A stretch of 64,000 nucleotides of DNA from the NCBI GenBank assembly GCA_937921735.1, contig CAKZTQ010000032.1, positions 12,083 through 76,082 of the forward strand. The letters are read 5' to 3'. Each line of letters opens with the position of its first letter. The stretch's first letter is position 1. Of the stretch, positions 29,844-38,038 are shown piece after piece. Both the position numbers and the translations under genes were made by a program. The stretch is from an uncultured archaeon. GTDB taxonomy: Archaea > Hadarchaeota > Hadarchaeia > Hadarchaeales > Hadarchaeaceae. The notes under the pieces are model-generated. The model was not told where the DNA came from and did no database searches. It saw nothing but the letters and a program-made list of their open reading frames with translations.

Positions 29844-29884
29844 TTTCGATGATTTACGGCTTGCTCAGCTCCAAAGCGGCGCTT

Positions 29885-30478
29885 TTATCGATGGGAAAGT
29901 TTTGCGTAGCGCTTGTCGAGTTCTTCTACCAGCTCCTTTACCTCCTTGATTTCGGCAGCGTAGGGGCCTAGGTCTGCGTGCACGGCTCGCCAGAGCTCGT
30001 CTAACTCGCGCGCGCGATTTCCACGTTCTCGATACTTAATAGCTTGAATTAGCATAGAGAGATAGTCAGCCGCGTGGACGATCTTCGCCTCAAAGGTGTA
30101 CTTCTCCGAGTACTCCCGCCAAAGTTCCATAAGCATTTGTTGATTGGGCAGACCGGCGACGAGATCCCTCATCGCCTTGCCCTCCATTTGTTTCTTAGTT
30201 CCGGGTTCCCCCAAATACTTCAAAGCCGTGTAGGGAAAGTCCGCAACCATCGCCTCTGCCCAGTCATGCAGAAGCGCCATGCTGAGGGCCCTTTCGACAT
30301 CTAGCTCGCGGCCGCCGCGCTTTGCCTCGTCCGCTAGCAGGAGCGCGATCGCCGCTACCTCAAAGGTATGCTGTGCAACGTCTTCGACTTCGTTCAATGG
30401 CACATTGCACAGCAGCCAACCCGTTCGGGGTATACGCTTGAGGTCGTTAAGTTTTTCCAAAAGCTCGCTCAGTTTCAA
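29885..30478 (-). CDS. HD-domain phosphohydrolase (YfbR/5'-deoxynucleotidase-like)
   Basis: LKRIPRTGW, E-VAQH, ALLHD-AE, AD. Confidence 0.88.
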   Translation of the reverse strand: MKLSELLEKLNDLKRIPRTGWLLCNVPLNEVEDVAQHTFEVAAIALLLADEAKRGGRELDVERALSMALLHDWAEAMVADFPYTALKYLGEPGTKKQMEGKAMRDLVAGLPNQQMLMELWREYSEKYTFEAKIVHAADYLSMLIQAIKYRERGNRARELDELWRAVHADLGPYAAEIKEVKELVEELDKRYAKLSHR

Positions 30479-30879
30479 ACTACCACCAACTTAGCCTGCT
30501 TAACGCCCCGCATGGCTCCGATGCGGTCGACAAGCTTGCGGATTTCGTCCGCCGCTCCTTTCACGACGATGATCTCTAGGCAATTCTTGGCATCGACGTG
30601 CAAGTGCTGGGCGGCGCTTATCACCTTCGAGTGCTGGTGCTGGATGTCCATGAGTTCGTCCACCAACCCCCTGACGTCGTGCTCGTAAAGCACCATGATG
30701 GCCCCCAGCTGCTCACCCTTCAACTCGCTCCTCCACTTGTAGTTCGCCAAGAAATCGCGAAGGGCGTCCCTAATGGCTTCCGAGCGGCTCGCGTAGCGTT
30801 GAGCCCTAAGCACGCGATCGAGTTCGTCGAGCAGCTCACAAGGCAGGGTGAGGCTTATGCGAGCTATTCTCGAAGACAT
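30475..30879 (-). CDS. nikR: Nickel-responsive regulator NikR
   Basis: RHH domain (RISLTL...SRSEAIRDA); Ni-site pattern QH...HLH-x5-C. Confidence 0.95.
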   Translation of the reverse strand: MSSRIARISLTLPCELLDELDRVLRAQRYASRSEAIRDALRDFLANYKWRSELKGEQLGAIMVLYEHDVRGLVDELMDIQHQHSKVISAAQHLHVDAKNCLEIIVVKGAADEIRKLVDRIGAMRGVKQAKLVVV

Positions 30880-30929
30880 GATGGCACGATTGAATTTGCA
30901 AGATTTGGACATTTATGTTTTGCCGAAAC

Positions 30930-31223
30930 TCAGCACTTTGAGCGGGGTCTCGAGAGGACGACTGCGAAACCCCAAATGACGAGCACCGGGATGAGCATCA
31001 CGATTCCAAGTATGATCCCGCTAGTGATAGCCCCTTCCGTGGTCACCCGTATGAATTCCCCTCCTTCGTGCAGGTATCCGAGCACGTGGTCGACGAGTAT
31101 CATCACCGTTGCTCCCCAAAGCATCAGACTCAGCATTCCGAGCTTGTATTCCCTGATGCCTAGAATTCTTAGCACCGTCACTAGACATGCCGCGATCAAC
31201 GTCGTTATCAGCCACATGCTCAT
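30930..31223 (-). CDS. Small 3-TM membrane protein (paralog of 31226-31552), NikR operon
   Basis: Three hydrophobic helices; LWGATVMILVDH motif. Confidence 0.75.
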   Translation of the reverse strand: MSMWLITTLIAACLVTVLRILGIREYKLGMLSLMLWGATVMILVDHVLGYLHEGGEFIRVTTEGAITSGIILGIVMLIPVLVIWGFAVVLSRPRSKC

Positions 31224-31225
31224 GC

Positions 31226-31552
31226 CTACCTACGGATACCCAATCTCGTTTCCATCGTCTTTATCAAGTTGAGCCGCGGGGCGATCGTCAGCATGCCTGT
31301 CCAAAGGAGAGTGCATGCTAGGGCCATTGGAACTCCGATCCGAACCATTTCCGGCAGGACTTCAGATAGTCCGGCGGTCAAGAAGGGCGGATATGGCACG
31401 ATTTCTCCGTGAGCTAAATGTTCGACCGCCAACATCGCCACGCCGCCCCACAGTAGAGCGTTTAGCCAGTTTATGTTGTACCTCGTCGGGAACTTTTTCC
31501 TGAACAGCGTGGTTATCGCGCCCAGCGCCATGGGAACGAGGAAACAAGCCAC
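31226..31552 (-). CDS. Small 3-TM membrane protein (MACFLVP...), first gene of the NikR operon
   Basis: GTG start after a GAGGTGA SD; LWGGVAMLAVEH-x2-HGE, PPFLTA. Confidence 0.75.
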   Translation of the reverse strand: MACFLVPMALGAITTLFRKKFPTRYNINWLNALLWGGVAMLAVEHLAHGEIVPYPPFLTAGLSEVLPEMVRIGVPMALACTLLWTGMLTIAPRLNLIKTMETRLGIRR

Positions 31553-31572
31553 CCTTTCACCTCTTGCTTTTT

Positions 31573-31600
31573 GTAATACTTTTCCATATTTAAATATTAC
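31573..31600. promoter_or_regulatory. Putative NikR operator overlapping a TATA box
   Basis: Perfect inverted half-sites GTAATA (31573-31578) and TATTAC (31595-31600) with a 16-nt spacer that contains the minus-strand TTTAAATA. Same geometry as the E. coli NikR site GTATGA-N16-TCATAC. Confidence 0.75.
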
Positions 31601-31687
31601 CAATTCGATAGTAAAGCGCCAAAGAATTTTGCAGCCCAAAAGAAAAGGCATAAATTGACGAAAATCCACCGTAATCCGGTGAGGTGA

Positions 31688-31954
31688 ATGGAAAAGGAAC
31701 CTGTTGAGAAGAAACTCGTAGGAAAGGTTACCCACTACTTTACGAGGATTGGGGTAGCAGTCGTTGAGTTGACAGACGAGTTAAAGATAGGCGACAGGAT
31801 TTCCATAGAGGGCGCGACCACGAATTTTCAACAGGTAGTGGGCTCCATGCAGATCGAACATAAAGACGTAAAGGTCGCTACGGCTGGGCAATCGATAGGT
31901 CTGAAGGTCGACCAAAGGGCACGTGAAGGGGACCTCGTCTACAAGATCCTTTAA
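31688..31954 (+). CDS. Translation-factor-like beta-barrel small protein
   Basis: VGKVTHYF-IGVA, L-IGD-I-I-G-TTNF-Q-V-SMQIEH, G-KV. Confidence 0.8.
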   Translation: MEKEPVEKKLVGKVTHYFTRIGVAVVELTDELKIGDRISIEGATTNFQQVVGSMQIEHKDVKVATAGQSIGLKVDQRAREGDLVYKIL

Positions 31955-32823
31955 GCGGTTAGATCTAGCTTAAAAAGCAGGATTTTCGCCTTTCTTATAT
32001 TTTCGGGAAGATTTCTGCAGTTCTTACAAAGGCCCATAGTTTGGGCGATCAAATCGCGATACCCTGAGAACTTCTCCTTTTTTTCCAGTATTCTGTCTAA
32101 GGTTCTCTCGAGTTGGGGGGTCGGCGCGAAAGTACTTCCGCATGCTGAGCATCGCCGCAGCTCTATCTTGGCTTCAGCCCCGATCGCTTTTCTATCCCCA
32201 GTTGCTCGTGGGCGCTCGGCCCCAAGCTCCACTGCCTCCTCCGGGCAGGCCTCCTCGCAGGAGGCACAGGAAATGCACTTTTCGTATCTGAACCTCACCT
32301 TTCGTTCGTTGCCTTCGTCGACCATCTCTATTGCTCCAGTCGGACAAACCTGCACACAGGCCCCGCATCCGGTGCACTTCTCCGCGTCGATATTGGGCAT
32401 TCCCCGAAAGCCACCGGGCACCTCCCAAGCTTTTGACCCCAGCTTTAAAACGTCAACGAGAGCCTCGACGATGGCGTGAGGGCTTGGAGGACACCCAGGC
32501 ACATATGCGTCCACGTGAATTATTTCGTCCACCATGCCGTCCACGCTATAAGAGCCCTCGAAGGCCTCGCCGGACAGGGCACAAGCGCCGACCGCGATGG
32601 CTAGCCTCGGCGGCTTCAACCTTTCGTATACTTCTCTGAGCATATCTCGCGTCTTGACCGTCGGTACCCCTGTGACGATGAGCACGTTGGCCTCACTTGG
32701 GTCCCCGACGAGCTTTACCCCCAGCTCCTCTAACCCGAACCTTCTCGCAAATGCGCTGAACACTTCGATGTCACATCCGTTGCACGAGCCTACGTCCAGA
32801 CGATAAACGTTGACCTGCCTCAA
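31951..32823 (-). CDS. Group 4 [NiFe]-hydrogenase small subunit (NuoB-like) fused to a 2x[4Fe-4S] NuoI-like domain
   Basis: GSCNGCDIE, GACA, VPGCPP; then GFRG-P, two CxxCxxCxxxCP motifs and extra C-terminal CxxC pairs. Confidence 0.9.
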   Translation of the reverse strand: MRQVNVYRLDVGSCNGCDIEVFSAFARRFGLEELGVKLVGDPSEANVLIVTGVPTVKTRDMLREVYERLKPPRLAIAVGACALSGEAFEGSYSVDGMVDEIIHVDAYVPGCPPSPHAIVEALVDVLKLGSKAWEVPGGFRGMPNIDAEKCTGCGACVQVCPTGAIEMVDEGNERKVRFRYEKCISCASCEEACPEEAVELGAERPRATGDRKAIGAEAKIELRRCSACGSTFAPTPQLERTLDRILEKKEKFSGYRDLIAQTMGLCKNCRNLPENIRKAKILLFKLDLTA

Positions 32824-33959
32824 ACCCCTCTCCTGAGCTCCGACAGCTCCACCTGATGCTTTTTTCCAGTTCGTTGATCTACGAGCGTCAGACGATTTGT
32901 GCAGGAGATGCAGCGGTCTATGCTTTCTAAAATCAAGGGAAGGTCACTTAACCTCTGTCCCCGCAACATCTCAGGGAGGCTGCGCTCGTTCATGTAGGTG
33001 GGCGTTCTGATCTTTACCCTCTCAGGGATGTTCGTGCCGTTCGACTTGACGAAGTAGATCAATTCGCCTCGCGGCGCTTCCACCCTCCCAACCTCTTCCT
33101 TTTCCTTTGGCGGCTCGCCAACTTCGGCCGCGATGTTGCCGGATGGGAAATCGTCTAATAGCTGCCGTATGATCTCGATGCTTTCAAAAGTTTCCTTTAC
33201 CCTGACAAGCGTTCTCGAAAGCACGTCTCCCCCGTCCTCCACCTGCACCTCGAAGTCTACCTCTTCGTATGCGGCGTAGGGATCGTCCTTGCGAACGTCG
33301 CTCTCAACGCCGGATGCCCTCAAAACGGGCCCCACGACACCTAACGCCAGCGCTTTCTCCCTTGGCAATGGGCCTATCCCCGAAAGTTTCGGGGCAAGTT
33401 CCCGCGTGGCACGGGCGATGTACCCTGAGAGGCTTGTTAAATCGTCTAGCGCGTGTCTAAGTCTTCTGATCATCTCCACGCTTAGGTCCCCCCTCACCCC
33501 ACCTATCGCGTTGATCCCATAATGGACGCGGTTGCCGCACATCAGCTCGATCAGATCCATGATTTCCTCCCGCGCATCGACGATTTTGATGAAATGTTCC
33601 TTTTCGCCGAGGGTGTGAAACAGTAACGCGGTCCATAGATAATGGCTCTGGAGCCGCTCAAGTTCAAACATAATCGTTCGAATGTACTTGGCCCTCTCCG
33701 GTGGCTCAACCTCGAAGACCTTCTCTACGGTTTGACAGTAACAAGTGGTGTGGGCATGTGAGCAAAATCCGCATATCCGCTCGCATAGGAAAACGCCTTG
33801 GGCATAGGTCTTTGTGGCGAGGAGCCTCTCGATGCCCCTATGCGTGTAACCTTGCTTTATGTCCACGTCGACGATCTTCTCGTTGCTCACCGTAACTTCG
33901 TAGAGTTCGGGCTCTACCAAGGCAGGATGATAAGGACCTATGACTACTATTTTCGACGT
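32820..33959 (-). CDS. Group 4 [NiFe]-hydrogenase large subunit
   Basis: GPYHPALVEP, HRGIE, L1 ERICGFC, ELERL-SH, EAPRGE, RTPT, L2 DRCISCTNR plus C-terminal extension. Start uncertain (ACG at 33959). Confidence 0.9.
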   Translation of the reverse strand, partial: TSKIVVIGPYHPALVEPELYEVTVSNEKIVDVDIKQGYTHRGIERLLATKTYAQGVFLCERICGFCSHAHTTCYCQTVEKVFEVEPPERAKYIRTIMFELERLQSHYLWTALLFHTLGEKEHFIKIVDAREEIMDLIELMCGNRVHYGINAIGGVRGDLSVEMIRRLRHALDDLTSLSGYIARATRELAPKLSGIGPLPREKALALGVVGPVLRASGVESDVRKDDPYAAYEEVDFEVQVEDGGDVLSRTLVRVKETFESIEIIRQLLDDFPSGNIAAEVGEPPKEKEEVGRVEAPRGELIYFVKSNGTNIPERVKIRTPTYMNERSLPEMLRGQRLSDLPLILESIDRCISCTNRLTLVDQRTGKKHQVELSELRRGV

Positions 33960-33962
33960 ACG

Positions 33963-34829
33963 CTACACCCCCATTTTCTCGATCAACTGTGAAATGGGGC
34001 TGCGGTGGAACTCGAGCTTGAGCTCGTTTGTAGGGACGCCCACCGCCAAAGCCAATAACTCAACTATGTGGAGGCACGGAAAGTTGTATTTCAAGCCATA
34101 TTTCCTTAGCGAGATCTGGCCCGTCTCAAACTGGAGGATGCACATTGGACAAGCGGTAATGATGCCGTCAACCATAAGTTCCTCGTAGCATCTCAATTTG
34201 AGGTGCAGCCTCTCTTTAAGTGCCGCTTCTTCGTTTACTTGCATCATTGGGAATCCACAACACATGCGATCTAGTTTGCAGCTGACCACGTCGGCGCCGG
34301 TAGCTTGTACCAGCTCCGTCAACATCCCCGGTTTTCTCCAAATGTCCCCCCCGTCGGCCTCGCGAAAGAGATGACATCCAGGATGAACCGCAGCCCTGAA
34401 CGTCAGTGGTTTGGCGATTTCCTTTATTCGGCTGATCCCAATGTCTTCGTATAGAATTTCAACGATGTGTTTCACGTTTACCGTGCCCTCATACTTTCTC
34501 CCGACCTCCGAAAGTAGTCCGTTCACCTCTTCTCTCAGTCCACTTTCTTGCTTCATCGCTTCGTTCGCTTCCCAAAGCGTTTCGTAGCACCCGTTGCACA
34601 AGGTTATGATATCCAAACCAAGTTGCTCGGCTAAGCTTAGGTTTCTAGCGGAGAGCGCGAGGGACATCCGCCTGTCGGCTAAACGTGCCACCACAGGATC
34701 TGGACAACAGGAGTAGCCGGAAAGGTCCAATACCTCAACACCTAGCCTCTCGAAAAGTTTTCTGGCTGCAAGTTCCACGCTGGGGATCCTCTGAGGGATG
34801 AGACAACCTAAGAATAGTGCGTATTTCAT
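33963..34829 (-). CDS. Heterodisulfide reductase subunit B-like (CCG domains)
   Basis: MKYALFLGC, SCCP, TLCNGC, HPGCH, CCG, TACPMC-QF. Confidence 0.9.
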   Translation of the reverse strand: MKYALFLGCLIPQRIPSVELAARKLFERLGVEVLDLSGYSCCPDPVVARLADRRMSLALSARNLSLAEQLGLDIITLCNGCYETLWEANEAMKQESGLREEVNGLLSEVGRKYEGTVNVKHIVEILYEDIGISRIKEIAKPLTFRAAVHPGCHLFREADGGDIWRKPGMLTELVQATGADVVSCKLDRMCCGFPMMQVNEEAALKERLHLKLRCYEELMVDGIITACPMCILQFETGQISLRKYGLKYNFPCLHIVELLALAVGVPTNELKLEFHRSPISQLIEKMGV

Positions 34830-34834
34830 GAAAT

Positions 34835-35491
34835 CTACCCTCGCCTCAACTTTTTCCTCTCCCAATCGTATCCTGCTTTTTTATCGAAGGCAACCCGTTT
34901 CATCAGTTCCTGAAGTTCGCGGAGTGCTTCCTCGCTCGCGTAGCTGGCAGGGGGAGATGCCGGCAGACCGGCTTCGTCTCTCTTCCGCTGCATGTGAGGT
35001 GAAAGCGGGGCGGTCGTGCCAACCGATATCAGGGACTCGGCCACCGGACATATTTTAGCAGGAAGCTCCCCCTCGAAGGGGCCTCTCAGGGGTGGACTCC
35101 CGGACCACCCCTCCGGTAATAGTAAGGGAGCAGGTCTTGGATGGGCTTTGAACCTCACTCCGAAAAGCTCAGCGGTTTCCCTCTCCGCCCACTCCGCGGC
35201 TGGCATTAAATCCGAGATGCTGTCGATTTCACTTGTTTCCTTCGCGATCACCGCGCGCAAGACCACAACTGTGCCATCGACGTCGAAGTTGTAAAGCAAT
35301 TCGATGTCTAGACCTTCGTCGACGGCAGCTAGCATCATAAACCTTCCCTTATTCGATAGTATCTCGACCGCCTTCCGAATCGACCGCGGCTCGATTTCGA
35401 CAACCGCCCTCCTTTCGCGAGAGTAAATGACCCTCGCCTTGACTTCCCTCGTGAGACCCTCGAGGATTTCATCCACGGCCAGATCGGTCAC
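34835..35491 (-). CDS. NuoC/MbhK-like (complex I 30-kDa) subunit
   Basis: ELLY-F, IDSIS, AEWAERE-AELFGV-F-HP, LLLPE-W, PPLR. Confidence 0.85.
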   Translation of the reverse strand: MTDLAVDEILEGLTREVKARVIYSRERRAVVEIEPRSIRKAVEILSNKGRFMMLAAVDEGLDIELLYNFDVDGTVVVLRAVIAKETSEIDSISDLMPAAEWAERETAELFGVRFKAHPRPAPLLLPEGWSGSPPLRGPFEGELPAKICPVAESLISVGTTAPLSPHMQRKRDEAGLPASPPASYASEEALRELQELMKRVAFDKKAGYDWERKKLRRG

Positions 35492-35954
35492 CCTCTATAG
35501 CATACATGCGTCTGTTAAATTCCTCCGCCTCGGCTCGGCTTACCACTCTCAAAGCTCCGGGCGAACAATACTTCGCGCATACCGGATCTCCATCGCAGAA
35601 ATCACATTTCGCCGAAACTCGATGTTCCTCGTCGAACCATGGGCATGATAGGGGACAAGCTAGGATGCAGGACCGGCAACCAATGCACTTCATCGGATTT
35701 ATCTTCACCCATCCGCTCTCATCGCTTTTGGTTATCGCTTCCTCGGGGCAGGACGCCAAGCAAACCGGCTCCTCGCAGTGTCTGCAGTTCGTTGCCTCAA
35801 ATCTCGCCACACGTTCATCGAGCGAAATATGGATGTGAGATTTAGCTGGATCTAGGGTGCCATAGTGCTGAAAAGCACAAGCTATTTCACAATATCCGCA
35901 GCCCGTGCATCGCTCTGGGTCGTAAATCAAAACTTTCTGATGGGCTGCTTTCAT
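35469..35954 (-). CDS. 4x[4Fe-4S] ferredoxin-like protein (HycB/CooF/DmsB type)
   Basis: CTGCGYCEIAC, CRHCEEPVC-CP, CIGCRSCILACP, KCDFC-P-C-C. Confidence 0.92.
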   Translation of the reverse strand: MKAAHQKVLIYDPERCTGCGYCEIACAFQHYGTLDPAKSHIHISLDERVARFEATNCRHCEEPVCLASCPEEAITKSDESGWVKINPMKCIGCRSCILACPLSCPWFDEEHRVSAKCDFCDGDPVCAKYCSPGALRVVSRAEAEEFNRRMYAIEGDRSGRG

Positions 35955-36006
35955 TTAGGCCTCGCTCCACACCGGGTGCTGGTTCAGGTCCATCTAACCA
36001 TCGGAT

Positions 36007-36252
36007 CTATGTGAGGACCTCAACCTCCGCATCTTTGACCACGGATTCAGCCGCTGACTTCACCTGTTTGACTAAATAAGCTATCAGAGGACATCCGGGG
36101 ATAGTTGGCCTAAATAATATTTTAGCTTTGTCCCCCTTCACTGTTATTCCTTCGATCATCCCCATGTCAACCACGTTTATGCCGGTCTCTGGGTCTATCA
36201 CATCGCGAAGCTTTTCCCTTATCTGCTCCACCTTGTCCATCCCATCGCTCAT
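36007..36252 (-). CDS. DUF59/SufT-like Fe-S cluster assembly protein
   Basis: VIDPETGINVVDMGMI, PT-PGCP. Confidence 0.88.
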   Translation of the reverse strand: MSDGMDKVEQIREKLRDVIDPETGINVVDMGMIEGITVKGDKAKILFRPTIPGCPLIAYLVKQVKSAAESVVKDAEVEVLT

Positions 36253-37190
36253 ACCAACTCCTCGCCTGGCCTCCACTCAAATTGCTCCTGTAGTACAACA
36301 TAAGCCGCAGATGGTGGGATTATGCCTCGCTCAGTTATTATCAGGTCTATGTATTCTGGAGGAGTAACGTCGAAGACCGGGTTGCGGATTTTAACGCCGG
36401 GAAATCTCTTTGGGTTCACTATCTCATTTGGTGGTCGCTCTTCGATCTCCACCAATCTCCCGACGAGGGTGCCTGGATGGAACTTATAGCTCTCCGCCGC
36501 CACGAAGAACAGCACCCTAGCTTCATTCGCGGCCAACGCTAGTTGGGAGGTACCAATCTTGTTTATCACCGCGCCGTTCGCTGCTATGCTGTCGGCACCG
36601 ACTATCACCTTATCGACATCTCTTATGAAGTGCCTTACCGCAGAATCGACTATCAGCGTCGTCGGGATACCGGCCCTGCTCAGCTCGCGCGCGCTTATCA
36701 ATCCCTGCCTCATTGGTCTAGACTCCGTTACGAATACTTCGAGGCGTTTCCCTTGTTTAAAAGCGGTTTTGATAACAGAGAGGGCACAGTCGCTGTTACA
36801 ATGTGTCATTATTACGTCTCCATCGGATATCCTGCGCGAGCCGATCTCTCCGATCCTCTTAACGGCCTCCAGAGACGTTTTGATGAACTCATCAGCTTTG
36901 GAGATCACCATCTTCCGCAATGTCTCCAAATCTAGGTCTTTCGATACCATAGCTTTGTGCGTAACAAATCGTATCGCATTGGGCAACGACACAGCGGTCG
37001 GCCGCGTGTTCAATAAGAACCTAGAAACCTGTTCGAGTTCTTTCAAGAATTCAGCAGATGTCCTAGCTTTCGTTGTCTTAGCCGCTATCTTAAGTGCCCT
37101 AGCGGCAGCTCTCGCTATCCTACCGGCCCCCCTTATTCGCATTTTTCGGATATCCTCAGCAATTTTCTCGATTTGGGCTTGTGCCATCAT
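36249..37190 (-). CDS. Ribose-1,5-bisphosphate isomerase (eIF2B-like family)
   Basis: IRGAGRIA, TRPTAVSLPNA, THCNS (catalytic Cys), ESRP, GAD, NKIGT, NP-FDVTP. Confidence 0.9.
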   Translation of the reverse strand: MMAQAQIEKIAEDIRKMRIRGAGRIARAAARALKIAAKTTKARTSAEFLKELEQVSRFLLNTRPTAVSLPNAIRFVTHKAMVSKDLDLETLRKMVISKADEFIKTSLEAVKRIGEIGSRRISDGDVIMTHCNSDCALSVIKTAFKQGKRLEVFVTESRPMRQGLISARELSRAGIPTTLIVDSAVRHFIRDVDKVIVGADSIAANGAVINKIGTSQLALAANEARVLFFVAAESYKFHPGTLVGRLVEIEERPPNEIVNPKRFPGVKIRNPVFDVTPPEYIDLIITERGIIPPSAAYVVLQEQFEWRPGEELV

Positions 37191-37237
37191 CTCCCCTTTT
37201 TATTTTCCACTTAGTTTAAATATTGGGTGAAAATGGG

Positions 37238-37474
37238 TTAAGTAACGTGTTTCCGCAATTCGTTGAAAAAAATCCGCAAGTCGGTCTTGTGGACGGGGTC
37301 CGTTTCGGCCGAGATCTTATCCCTTAATTTTTCCATAAATGTTTGTAAGCCTTGGCTCTCGTTTAATAGCTCCTGAATTACTTCGCGAAGCTCGTGCGGA
37401 TAAACCAAATAAGCCATAGTTGAGGAAAATGAGTCCCATATTAGTTTTGTTTCAGCTTCTCGCATCTTTGGCAC
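37238..37474 (-). CDS. Small helical hypothetical protein
   Basis: ORF abutting the Lrp stop codon; GGTGA SD. Confidence 0.55.
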   Translation of the reverse strand: MPKMREAETKLIWDSFSSTMAYLVYPHELREVIQELLNESQGLQTFMEKLRDKISAETDPVHKTDLRIFFNELRKHVT

Positions 37475-37948
37475 CTAGAGATTCACCAACGTTTCCTTTA
37501 CGGTTTCCATAACTACTACAGTTCTGACATTTTTCACGGGATCGAAGGAATAAATATGTTCTTTGATGAATTTATTAAGGCTTTCGAGATCCTTAACCCG
37601 GATCTTTATCATTAGGTTATGGCCTCCCGTTGTGCGGTGGAGCTCACAAACCTCATGAGACTTGGAAAGACGCGAGATAAGCTTTTGCATGCTTGGAAAA
37701 TCGATATCGACGCTCACAAATGCTAGAAGTCCTCGGTCAAGTTTTTTGGGATCGATGATAGCAGTGTATCCCTTGATAAGACCCGAACGCTCCAACAGTT
37801 TTATGCGCCTCCGAACCCCGGATGTGCTTAGCCCAACTTCCCTGCCCATTTTACTGATAGGTATGCGGGCATTAGCGTTTAACATCTTCAAAAGTTTTAG
37901 ATCAACGCTGTCCAAAATTTCGCCTCCGACCCTTCGTGCAAGTTTCAT
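37475..37948 (-). CDS. Lrp/AsnC-family transcriptional regulator
   Basis: LD-VD, NAR, HTH (VGLS...RRIK-LE-G-I-GY), TG, RAM domain. Confidence 0.92.
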   Translation of the reverse strand: MKLARRVGGEILDSVDLKLLKMLNANARIPISKMGREVGLSTSGVRRRIKLLERSGLIKGYTAIIDPKKLDRGLLAFVSVDIDFPSMQKLISRLSKSHEVCELHRTTGGHNLMIKIRVKDLESLNKFIKEHIYSFDPVKNVRTVVVMETVKETLVNL

Positions 37949-38038
37949 CTCTTTAATTATTTATTTTTTGCGTGTTCAATTTTGCGCATCCTTGTTCTTT
38001 CGAAGATTTTATTTTCTCAGGCTTGACAAGTTTTTAAC

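Noticed and set aside
29844-29884. CGATGA box-C-like motif after acs
   Set aside because: There is no appropriately spaced box D on the same strand.
31553-31735. N-terminal 61 aa of the 169-aa ORF
   Set aside because: It spans the operator/promoter and the divergent gene; a strong SD and GTG at 31552 define the real start.
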